A DNA stretch of 13,493 nucleotides from Verrucomicrobiota bacterium (GCA_008932965.1 WBXG01000048.1:1-13493), one strand, 5' to 3'. Counted from the first letter of the stretch, positions 1 to 7,044 are shown. Made by a program: numbers and translations. Notes: generated from the sequence alone by a model not told the origin.

Positions 1-1
1 A

Positions 2-1003
2 AGAAGCAGGGGACATCTCCTTAATGCGATCACTCATCAGTCTGAGCTCATTGAAGCCAGAGTTGCTTCTGCCACATTGTTACGCCCACCTTATGAAACA
101 CTCAGTGAAGACCAACAAGCCAATCTTTCAGCTAATAAGTGGCTCTGTATTGAAAAAGAAGCGCTGGCTCAAAGTGAAGATCTATTCGCTCAAGTTCCAT
201 TGCTTCCTCTTGGTAATATACGGGTCTCTTTAAATAGAGCAGCAGAGGTGTTTCAATTAGTAGCCGAGGAAGCACAAAAGCCAAATCCTAATCAACAAAT
301 TATTGATTGGTTTACTCATTCAGCAGGTATGTTTCAACAGGCTGTAGAGGCACTTGATGCAGATCAGCTTAATAAAGCATCATACCTTCATAGTGCAGGG
401 ACCGCTCTTTTTAATGCAGCTTTGGAAGCACAAAAACCAAATCCTAATCAAAAAAGCATTGATTTTTATACTCAGTTAGCAAGCTTTTATCAACAGGCTG
501 TAGAGGCACTTGATGCAGATCAGCTTAATAAAGCATCATACCTTCATGGTGCAGGGACTGCTCTTTTTAGTGCAGCTACAGAAGCACAAAAGCCAGAACC
601 TAAGCAACAAAGCATTGATTGGTTTACTCAGTCAGCAAGCTTGTATCAACAGGCCGCAGAGGCAGAAGCTGAAGGTTTGAATAAAAAAGCAGAGTGCCTT
701 AGTTCTGTAGGGAGGGCTTTTCAAGATGTAGCCGAGGAAGCACAAAAGCCAAATCCTAATCAACAAATAATTGAATGGTATACTCAGTCAGCAAGCTTGC
801 ATCAACAGGCCGCAGAGGCAGAAGCTGAAGGTTTGAATAAAAAAGCAGGGTACCTTAGTAATGCAGGGGAGGCTCTTATTAATGCAGCTTTTAAAGCACA
901 AAAGCCAAATCCTAATCAACAACGTATTCAGCAATACTCAAGAGAAGCAGAGGATTTTAAAATTAGAGCTAAACAAACTGATCAAGCTTGTACTATTAGT
1001 TAG
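2..1003 (+). CDS. Tandem-repeat alpha-helical protein of unknown function (5'-partial; reading frame open to the window edge)
   Basis: Frame 2 has no stop from nt 2 to TAG 1001-1003. The only in-window start before the repeats is TTG 77, so the gene probably starts upstream of the window. The translation holds about 4.5 copies of a 52-aa unit (EAQKPNPNQQxIDWFTQSASxxQQAxEAxxxxLNKKAxYLxxxGxALxxAA). Each unit looks like a helix-turn-helix hairpin with a PNPNQ linker. I recognise no known family. Confidence 0.6.
   Translation, partial: RSRGHLLNAITHQSELIEARVASATLLRPPYETLSEDQQANLSANKWLCIEKEALAQSEDLFAQVPLLPLGNIRVSLNRAAEVFQLVAEEAQKPNPNQQIIDWFTHSAGMFQQAVEALDADQLNKASYLHSAGTALFNAALEAQKPNPNQKSIDFYTQLASFYQQAVEALDADQLNKASYLHGAGTALFSAATEAQKPEPKQQSIDWFTQSASLYQQAAEAEAEGLNKKAECLSSVGRAFQDVAEEAQKPNPNQQIIEWYTQSASLHQQAAEAEAEGLNKKAGYLSNAGEALINAAFKAQKPNPNQQRIQQYSREAEDFKIRAKQTDQACTIS
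221..960 (+). repeat. In-frame 156-bp (52-codon) tandem repeat array, about 4.5 units
   Basis: The GAAGCACAAAA(G/A)CCA motif recurs at 269, 425, 581 and 737, and AAAGCACAAAAGCCA at 893, an exact 156-nt period. Long identical blocks exist between units. 260-300 matches 728-768 (41 nt). A roughly 57-nt block starting near 338 recurs near 494. A roughly 46-nt block near 650 recurs near 806. Confidence 0.9.
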
Positions 1004-1130
1004 AGAGAAAAGATAAAGTGATACCATCTTACCTCAATAAATGAATGCCTCTTGATATCAAGTGTTGAGGGCAATCAGGTCCTTTTTAACTGAGGCATTA
1101 AGGTTCATAATGATCGTAACGAGGAGGTAG

Positions 1131-1249
1131 GAAAAGCTGATGGGATAAGACCGGCAAAGGATCATGATGCCGGGCTGCATGGGTCCCTACCGTCCCCTCA
1201 ATAACAATTCGGGACCAACGTAGTAATGATGAGCTTTTCACTAACCGTA
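1131..1249 (+). repeat. Conserved non-coding element, copy A (candidate structured RNA, + strand)
   Basis: It aligns by hand to 13379-13493. The 3' 45 nt are 40/45 identical, and the GATGCCGGGCTG(C/T)ATG core is shared. Possible helices are 1131-1138/1232-1239, 1151-1156/1168-1173 and 1182-1187/1211-1216. It lies in the 341-nt gap between the repeat-protein stop (1003) and the lspA ATG (1345). Confidence 0.7.
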
Positions 1250-1344
1250 ATAGATTTATTATGAAATATCCGGGCTATAGAATTTCTTGCACCTGCGCAT
1301 CTTTACACATTACTCTTCCTCACAGATTTTATTTTATCCACTTC

Positions 1345-1800
1345 ATGACATCCCCAATTTATTTTATTCCTATTGTTCTTTTACTTATGGCTTGCGATCA
1401 ACTGACCAAGCTACTGGTGCTTTATGCAGTCCCCCTTTTTGGGACGATTAAAGTCGTTCCTCGTTTTTTTTACCTAACCCATCTCTACAATACGGGAGCA
1501 GCCTTTGGGATCATGCATGATAGCAATCGGTTTTTTATGATTGTCTCCTTAGCTGCCATACTTCTGCTTTTTTGGCAACGGCATCATTTTGTAGCACTCT
1601 CCCTTCAACTTGGGTGGGTCTTACTTTTAAGCGGAATCCTTGGTAATCTCTGCGATCGTGTACTTCGAGGACATGTGGTCGATTTTCTTGGCTTTCAGAT
1701 TTGGAACTATTATTGGCCTCCTTTCAACATCGCTGATAGCTGTATCTGTATGGCAACAGGATTTTTTTTATTGAGCGCATTCTCTTCGCAAAGAAATTAA
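1345..1800 (+). CDS. lspA: Lipoprotein signal peptidase (signal peptidase II)
   Basis: It sits in ORF 1261-1800. I prefer ATG 1345 (MTSPIYFIPIVLLLMACDQLTK...) because the 28 upstream codons are not LspA-like. There are four hydrophobic segments and LspA signatures: DQLTK, YNTGAAFG, VVDF and FNIADS. Confidence 0.9.
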   Translation: MTSPIYFIPIVLLLMACDQLTKLLVLYAVPLFGTIKVVPRFFYLTHLYNTGAAFGIMHDSNRFFMIVSLAAILLLFWQRHHFVALSLQLGWVLLLSGILGNLCDRVLRGHVVDFLGFQIWNYYWPPFNIADSCICMATGFFLLSAFSSQRN

Positions 1801-1812
1801 TATTGCAGGCTT

Positions 1813-2259
1813 ATGAGCACGGACCCATTTCCTCGAACCCCTTATGATCAACTCCACGGCTTAGTTTACTTGCCTCGCCTGCTTGATAAGATTCGTCTGC
1901 ATGCTGCTCATAGACTCCCTGAGGATTATATTTCTAATCTAGGTCATCCTGAAAAAATGGATGGTTTTTGTCTTCGTTTTTTGGGGATCGAGTATCAGCA
2001 GTTAGTCGCATATGTCACCTCTGGAGCGACTGATGAAGAGATATGGGCGTGGACTCTGAAGGAAGGCCAGATTCACTCCAAGGAAGAGATCCTCCTATGG
2101 AATGAGTATATGAGGAAGTATGGTTGGCGTGATCAGGCCTCTAAAACATTACGACGTCGCCTTCAAGAAGGAGGCTATGGAGATCGTTCTGATATTCAGA
2201 CTTTTTTTGACTTCCTCGATCTGGACGAAGGAAGAGAGGTTCTCCAGAGTAGAGAGTAG
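1813..2259 (+). CDS. DUF5069-like protein (function unknown)
   Basis: A 148-aa ORF starts 12 nt after the lspA stop. The pattern PYDQLHGLVYLPRLLDKIR...DGFCLRFLGIEYQQL...TDEEIWAW...EEILLWNEY matches my recollection of the DUF5069 family. The family label is from memory, not from a search. Confidence 0.65.
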   Translation: MSTDPFPRTPYDQLHGLVYLPRLLDKIRLHAAHRLPEDYISNLGHPEKMDGFCLRFLGIEYQQLVAYVTSGATDEEIWAWTLKEGQIHSKEEILLWNEYMRKYGWRDQASKTLRRRLQEGGYGDRSDIQTFFDFLDLDEGREVLQSRE

Positions 2260-2305
2260 CCTGCAGAGTTGGTGAAACTTAAAAGAACCAGCAGCAATGG
2301 TCCGA

Positions 2306-3037
2306 TTATTTCATGAAATGGGGATGTGATGCAGGCCAGCAGATTTGCCGACGCAAAAGCCATGAAATCCCAAGCAGATCCCATACTCCGCGCCAGGCGC
2401 GTCGAAGGATTGTGTAGTTGGAACTTCCAAACCGACGAGGACGGTGATTGACCGGAAATTGTCCCAAAGTCAGTCCTGCATGTTCTAGCATTGCAATCAT
2501 ATAACATTGCATTTCATTAAAAGGAATGAGAAGAGGCAGATATTCTTTACGTATCACTTTAAGGGTGCAGCCTGCATCACGCACCGAATCACCCGTAAAG
2601 AATCGTCGAGTTTTATTAGCAATCTTGGAGGCCACTTTCACCTGCCAGCTATCTTGACGTTGACGACGGTAGCCACAGACAACCTGATAATTTCCTGCTT
2701 CACGAATCAACATAGGAATATCAGCAGGGTCGTTTTGACCATCTCCATCCATCAGCACACAGAGATCATGTGAAGCATTGAGGAGACCTGCATAGAGAGC
2801 AGCGCTTTGACCTAAATTTTTTGAAAAAGAAATCAGACGAACATCCTGGAATTTTTTGATCAAGGCTTCTGTTGCATCACGACTTCCATCATTCACCGCA
2901 ATAATTTCTGCACCTGGATTCGTGATTCGTGTTTCTTGAAGAACTGTTTCAACATTTTCCTCTTCGTTATAAAAAGGAATGATGATGGAGATGCAATCGG
3001 AGGATGTTGAATTATCCGTTGGTGTGAATGTAGACAT
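2306..3037 (-). CDS. Family-2 glycosyltransferase, polyprenyl-phosphate sugar transferase-like (DPM1/GtrB/ArnC type)
   Basis: It has GT-A signatures: ISIIIPFYNEEENV, IIAVNDGSRD, a DxD-type LMDGDGQNDP and GYRRQR. The track start at 3043 is TTG. ATG 3037 (MSTFTP...) is more likely. Confidence 0.85.
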   Translation of the reverse strand: MSTFTPTDNSTSSDCISIIIPFYNEEENVETVLQETRITNPGAEIIAVNDGSRDATEALIKKFQDVRLISFSKNLGQSAALYAGLLNASHDLCVLMDGDGQNDPADIPMLIREAGNYQVVCGYRRQRQDSWQVKVASKIANKTRRFFTGDSVRDAGCTLKVIRKEYLPLLIPFNEMQCYMIAMLEHAGLTLGQFPVNHRPRRFGSSNYTILRRAWRGVWDLLGISWLLRRQICWPASHPHFMK

Positions 3038-3107
3038 AAGCAAAATATTTTAACAAAAAACGACTCTATTGTCACATTACAAGATGGAAAAGATTGCTAT
3101 GAAATTT

Positions 3108-3578
3108 TCAAACAATACCGTGACTAGCTACCATCATCGTATTTTTGAGGTGGTAGCCATCATCTGCAGGCTCTTGAAAAAACTCCTCAGACTTCGAGTC
3201 TTTTTTCGATTTTTTCTCCCCAGGTCTTTTTTGTTTCTTCTTTCCTTGATCTTCACGTTTTATCTCATCAATAACGTCGTTATCACTGGCAACTCTAGTT
3301 GCCAATTTGCCGGCATCATCTACCGTTGTGTAGTTGTTGCCAGCAGCTAACTCGTTGCTTTTTGTAGAACCATAAACAAATGTGGTAGCATCACTGGATT
3401 GCATCAAATGTACATCTGTGGCTGCAGCATTTCCAGCCGTAGAGACGTTTGCAGCAGAGGTTGCAGCCCCGCTTGAAGGAAGTCCTGGAGTTGCAGGAGC
3501 ATTACGGGCGCTATTATTAGCAATAGATGTTTGTACTATCTGAATCGGAGAAATGAGTGAGATGGGATGATTAGCCAT
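3108..3578 (-). CDS. Hypothetical low-complexity protein (weak FlgM-like resemblance)
   Basis: A 156-aa ORF with an ATG start lies 70 nt upstream of the GT2 gene ATG and is co-directional with it. The N-terminal half is Ala/Ser/Thr/Asn-rich. A central segment reads ELAAGNNYTTVDDAGKLATRV. The tail is Lys-rich (KKKQKRPGEKKSKKDSK). There is no signal peptide and no TM segment. Confidence 0.5.
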   Translation of the reverse strand: MANHPISLISPIQIVQTSIANNSARNAPATPGLPSSGAATSAANVSTAGNAAATDVHLMQSSDATTFVYGSTKSNELAAGNNYTTVDDAGKLATRVASDNDVIDEIKREDQGKKKQKRPGEKKSKKDSKSEEFFQEPADDGYHLKNTMMVASHGIV

Positions 3579-3703
3579 ATTTTTATAACAAGAATCTTGA
3601 TTTATTTGCTTTATGCAAGCGTCTAATGGTGGATCAATAGAGCGTTTTATTTACTTATTGTGCATGCCTCCTCTGACTACCATCCTTGAATGGAAAAAAA
3701 TAT

Positions 3704-4501
3704 ATGATTATGGCTCATCGTGCATTGATTCTTGGTATTCTCAATGTGACTCCAGATTCTTTTTCTGATGGAGGTTTTTTTTTAGAAAAAAAACGTGCTG
3801 TTCATCGGGGGCTGACACTTGTTGAGGAGGGAGCCGATATTTTAGATATTGGAGGAGAATCTACAAGACCTGGTGCTGTGCCCATTTCAGCGGAAGAAGA
3901 ACTGCGACGTGTGATTCCTGTGATTCAGGAATTACGAAAAAAAACGAGCACTCTCATTTCCATCGATACTTCTAAAGCCACAGTCGCTCAAGCGGCCATT
4001 CAAGCCGGTGCCACTATTATTAACGATGTGAGTGCCCTTGGAGATCCAAGAATGGGAGAAGTTGCAGCCTCCACTGGTTCAACACTTATTCTCATGCATC
4101 ATCAAGGAACACCTGCTACGATGCAAAAAAATCCGACCTATCCCCAGAATGATGTTGTTGCAGCTGTCATCACTTTTTTAATAGAAGCACGCGAAAGAGC
4201 CATGAGTGCTGGAGTCTCCAAAAACAAAATCATTCTTGATCCTGGAATTGGTTTTGGAAAAACCGCAGAACATAATAATGCCTTGATCAGAGCGATTCCC
4301 AAGTTAACACAACTCGGAGCTCCGCTACTCCTGGGGCATTCTCGAAAATCATTTTTAGGAAAAACAGTTCAAGAACGTTTGCTCCCTAGCGTTGCCATCA
4401 CCTCGATCGCACGTTACCATGGAGCACTCCTATTCCGCGTCCATGATCCACATCCTCACCGTGAAGCAGTAAGAACAATCGAAAAAATGTGGCATCTCTA
4501 A
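3704..4501 (+). CDS. folP: Dihydropteroate synthase
   Basis: DHPS motifs are present: GILNVTPDSFSDGG, DIGGESTRPG, SIDT, INDVS, DPGIGFGK and GHSRKSF. The track start at 3686 is TTG. ATG 3704 or ATG 3710 gives the usual N-terminus. Confidence 0.93.
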   Translation: MIMAHRALILGILNVTPDSFSDGGFFLEKKRAVHRGLTLVEEGADILDIGGESTRPGAVPISAEEELRRVIPVIQELRKKTSTLISIDTSKATVAQAAIQAGATIINDVSALGDPRMGEVAASTGSTLILMHHQGTPATMQKNPTYPQNDVVAAVITFLIEARERAMSAGVSKNKIILDPGIGFGKTAEHNNALIRAIPKLTQLGAPLLLGHSRKSFLGKTVQERLLPSVAITSIARYHGALLFRVHDPHPHREAVRTIEKMWHL

Positions 4502-4530
4502 ATGATTTACGTTGAAGAAACAGTTACCTT

Positions 4531-5460
4531 ATGAACCAACAGCCATTATTGGATGCTCTCTACTTTCTCCTACAATGCTTCTTAAAACTGATCCTCGTTT
4601 TACAGGAAAATTGGACCTCTGGACTTGAGATTCTCATTTTAGCAATACTCCTTTACTATAGTTATCTCTACTTAAAGCGTATTCAAGGGGCCCAAATTTT
4701 AATTTGGGTCATCTTAACATTTGTAGCACTTACTTTTATTTCTCAGGAGTTGAATCTTGTTGTTCTGAGTTGGCTATTGAAAAGCATCTCTGCTTTTTTA
4801 GTCATCGCATTAGTCATTATTTTTCAACCAGAATTACGACGTGCCTTTAATCAACTTGGTATCCATCGTTTTTTTACCTCTGCATTGAAACATCGCGAGA
4901 CTATTGAGGAATTAACCGCCATTGTCTTTGATCTTTCTAATAAAGGATTCGGAGCTCTCATTGCTCTAGAAGGTGATATGGACCTCCATGCTATTGTTGA
5001 AACTGGTGTTAAACTTGATGCCCTGCTTTCAAAAGAGCTTCTTATGACCTTATTTCATCCAAAAACACTGTTGCACGATGGGGGGGTTATTATTAGCAAT
5101 GATCGCATTGTGGGAGCTGGTTGTATTTTTCCGATCTCTCAACGAGATGATTTAGAACGAACAATAGGACTGCGCCATCGAGCTGGGTTAGGGCTTAGTG
5201 AAGAATTTGATACTATCGTTCTCGTCATTTCTGAAGAAACAGGTTATGTTTCACTTTGCTATCGAGGATCCATTGATCGTCACCTTAATGAGCAGCAACT
5301 TCGAGAACGATTAAGCCAACTTATTATTCCTGAAAATGCAGCAGCTACTTCTTCATCACTGGAAAGAAAAACTATGTTCCCTATTGCTGGGGGCAGCCCT
5401 TTGGTACCTGATCTCCCAAAACATCGCGCAAACACAAAAGAGATCGATGGGGGCTTGTGA
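4531..5460 (+). CDS. cdaA: Membrane-anchored diadenylate cyclase (CdaA/DacA type)
   Basis: It has three N-terminal hydrophobic helices, the linker IIFQPELRRAFNQLG and a DAC domain (GALIALEG, LHDGGVII, GLRHRAGLGLSEE, VISEETGYVSL). It starts 29 nt after the folP stop. Confidence 0.9.
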   Translation: MNQQPLLDALYFLLQCFLKLILVLQENWTSGLEILILAILLYYSYLYLKRIQGAQILIWVILTFVALTFISQELNLVVLSWLLKSISAFLVIALVIIFQPELRRAFNQLGIHRFFTSALKHRETIEELTAIVFDLSNKGFGALIALEGDMDLHAIVETGVKLDALLSKELLMTLFHPKTLLHDGGVIISNDRIVGAGCIFPISQRDDLERTIGLRHRAGLGLSEEFDTIVLVISEETGYVSLCYRGSIDRHLNEQQLRERLSQLIIPENAAATSSSLERKTMFPIAGGSPLVPDLPKHRANTKEIDGGL

Positions 5461-5563
5461 TCATCGAGGTACTGTCAAACAACATCATTCGTGAGTAGAG
5501 AATCATACATCCTATTATTAAAAGCCTTCGTTTTCAAATTTCATCCTTAGTCCAATACCTACT

Positions 5564-5911
5564 ATGCAAATCCATTTAAGCCCGCGTCACATGACACTCA
5601 CTGCTGCAATTTTTTCTTATGTTTCTGAAAAGGTGGAGCATCTTGAAACTATGACCCCTTCCATCATCGCAGCACATATTGTTTTGCTGCATGATGAAAC
5701 GAAGAAAAAACGTTATGTGGTCAAGGTCCATTTAGCACTTCCTGGTCCTGATGTGCATGCTGAAGATGCCGAAGATGATCTTTATGCAGCTATTGATTTA
5801 ACGATCAACAAACTTTCTCAACAACTTCGTAAATATAAAACAAAACGAACTGAAGTAAAAAAACACAAACTCCGTGTTGCTAAAGAGGCAATGAAACGGG
5901 GTCTCAAGTAA
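5564..5911 (+). CDS. hpf: Ribosome hibernation/ribosome-associated inhibitor protein, short HPF/RaiA family
   Basis: The 115-aa product reads MQIHLSPRHMTLTAAIFSYVSEKVEHL...VKVHLALPG...AEDAEDDLYAAIDLTINKLSQQLRKYK, typical of the sigma-54-modulation/YfiA fold. It lacks the long-HPF C-terminal dimerisation domain and has a Lys-rich tail. Confidence 0.8.
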   Translation: MQIHLSPRHMTLTAAIFSYVSEKVEHLETMTPSIIAAHIVLLHDETKKKRYVVKVHLALPGPDVHAEDAEDDLYAAIDLTINKLSQQLRKYKTKRTEVKKHKLRVAKEAMKRGLK

Positions 5912-6074
5912 TATCCATGATGGGGCTTCTTGCATACTCACCTCTATTTGCTAAAGCAACTCAACTGGAGTAGTGACAAAAGATTTTATATAATCCTAGT
6001 TAGCCTTCCAAAATCGCCTGCTCTCGCTGCACCAACCGAGCATCTTTTTTTGTAAAAATAATCTTAGATTTCAG

Positions 6075-6926
6075 ATGGATCAACTCGATGAAAATCACAA
6101 CACACTCCCATCTGTAAAAAATAAATCCCTATTACAGATCGATGCTTACAAAGTGAATCTTGATGTCTTTGAGGGCCCTCTAGATCTCTTGCTCTATTTA
6201 ATAAAAAAAGAAGAAGTTGATATCTATGAGGTATCTTTGGAGCATATCACCAGACAATACCTCGACTATCTAGATGCCTTTGAGGTTCTCAATATTGAGA
6301 TTGCTGGAGAATTTCTGGTGATGGCAGCCACTCTTCTTTACATCAAAAGCCGTACGCTTCTTCCCCAAAGCCAGCAAATGCCTGAGGAGGATGCTGAGGA
6401 AGATGATCCTCGCTGGGAACTGATTCGGCAGCTTATTGAATATAAAAAATTTAAAGAGGCAGCACTTCATCTTCGGGATCAGGAAGAATTTCAAGCCACT
6501 ATTTTTTCACGTCCTGCAACTTCTCTTGAGAACACCTTGAGTTTACTTCCTCAAGAGAAACTATTGTTGAATGAGATTTCCATCTTTGATTTAATTCATG
6601 CTTTTCAAAAAGCACTCAACCGACTCCCTCAAGAAGAACGTATCGGTGAAATTTACGAAGAAACCTTCACCGTTGCTGATCGTATTCACTATCTTAGGCG
6701 TGCCTTAGATCATGGAGTTGCCATGAAATTTGAAGAATTTTTTTCTTCTACGAGTACACGCTCTGAACTTGTTGTTACTTTTCTTGCAATGTTAGAGTTA
6801 ATTAGAATGAGATACCTCTCTGTGCGTCAGGAAACTCCATGTGGCTCCATTTGGATCGAGCAACGGAAAGAGTCCGCTCCTAAAATCGACCAGCAGGACC
6901 AGTTCGTTAATACTCATTCAGAGTAA
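6075..6926 (+). CDS. scpA: Segregation and condensation protein A (SMC kleisin)
   Basis: The N-terminus reads LDVFEGPLDLLLYLIKKEEVDIYEVSLEHITRQYLDYL. It also has IAGEFLVMAATLLYIKSRTLLP and the C-terminal winged-helix segment ELVVTFLAMLELIR. Confidence 0.93.
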   Translation: MDQLDENHNTLPSVKNKSLLQIDAYKVNLDVFEGPLDLLLYLIKKEEVDIYEVSLEHITRQYLDYLDAFEVLNIEIAGEFLVMAATLLYIKSRTLLPQSQQMPEEDAEEDDPRWELIRQLIEYKKFKEAALHLRDQEEFQATIFSRPATSLENTLSLLPQEKLLLNEISIFDLIHAFQKALNRLPQEERIGEIYEETFTVADRIHYLRRALDHGVAMKFEEFFSSTSTRSELVVTFLAMLELIRMRYLSVRQETPCGSIWIEQRKESAPKIDQQDQFVNTHSE

Positions 6927-7044
6927 ATCCTCTCATACAAGCTAGAGTGAGAATTTGTCTTGTCATCATAAGATTCAACAATAAAGCCCATTAGCTGATT
7001 AACTCGCCGATTATTTTCAGACTAGGACACCCTTATTTTTAATA

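Noticed and set aside
221-960. Regular 156-bp repeats considered as a CRISPR-like or satellite array.
   Set aside because: The period is a multiple of 3 and lies inside a long open frame. There is no short repeat/unique spacer organisation. It is a coding tandem repeat.
1140-1148. Start-stop mini-ORF ATG GGA TAA, 11 nt after GAGGAGGT.
   Set aside because: It is too short to call as a gene and is not conserved in copy B. It is kept only as a note inside the intergenic-structure finding.
1221-1240. AAUGAUGAGC in both element copies resembles the hammerhead CUGAUGA core or an archaeal/eukaryotic C box (RUGAUGA).
   Set aside because: The essential C preceding UGAUGA is an A. There is no downstream GAAA or cleavage-site helix arrangement and no D box in a suitable position. 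C/D RNAs are not expected in bacteria.
1131-1249. Possible riboswitch. GCUGAUGGGA...GGAUCAUGAUGCCGGGCUG loosely recalls the TPP aptamer. CCCGAAU and CUAACC recall the c-di-AMP (ydaO) motif, which is tempting because cdaA is nearby.
   Set aside because: The TPP hallmark CUGAGA is absent in both copies. The ydaO-like words lie on opposite strands and are not conserved in copy B. The downstream gene (lspA) fits neither ligand.
1131-1249. Integron attC site following a gene cassette.
   Set aside because: There is no RYYYAAC/GTTRRRY core pair at the element ends, and no intI in the window.
1261-1344. N-terminal extension of lspA from ATG 1261 (MKYPGYRISCTCASLHITLPHRFYFIHF).
   Set aside because: The extension is not LspA-like. 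ATG 1345 gives the canonical short N-terminus before the first TM helix.
2196-3350. Other overlapping ORFs: 2196-2507 minus, 2507-2773 plus, 2893-3075 minus and 3069-3350 plus. Also 24-233 plus and 6270-6494 minus elsewhere in the window.
   Set aside because: All are shadow frames of better-supported genes (GT2, the 3108-3578 orphan, the repeat protein and scpA). Their composition is low-complexity or Cys/Phe-rich, typical of non-coding frames.
6019-6051. Possible hpf terminator: TGCTC (6019-6023) pairs with GAGCA (6038-6042), followed by TCTTTTTTT.
   Set aside because: The stem is only 5 bp with a 14-nt loop. That is too weak to call, although the T-run is suggestive.
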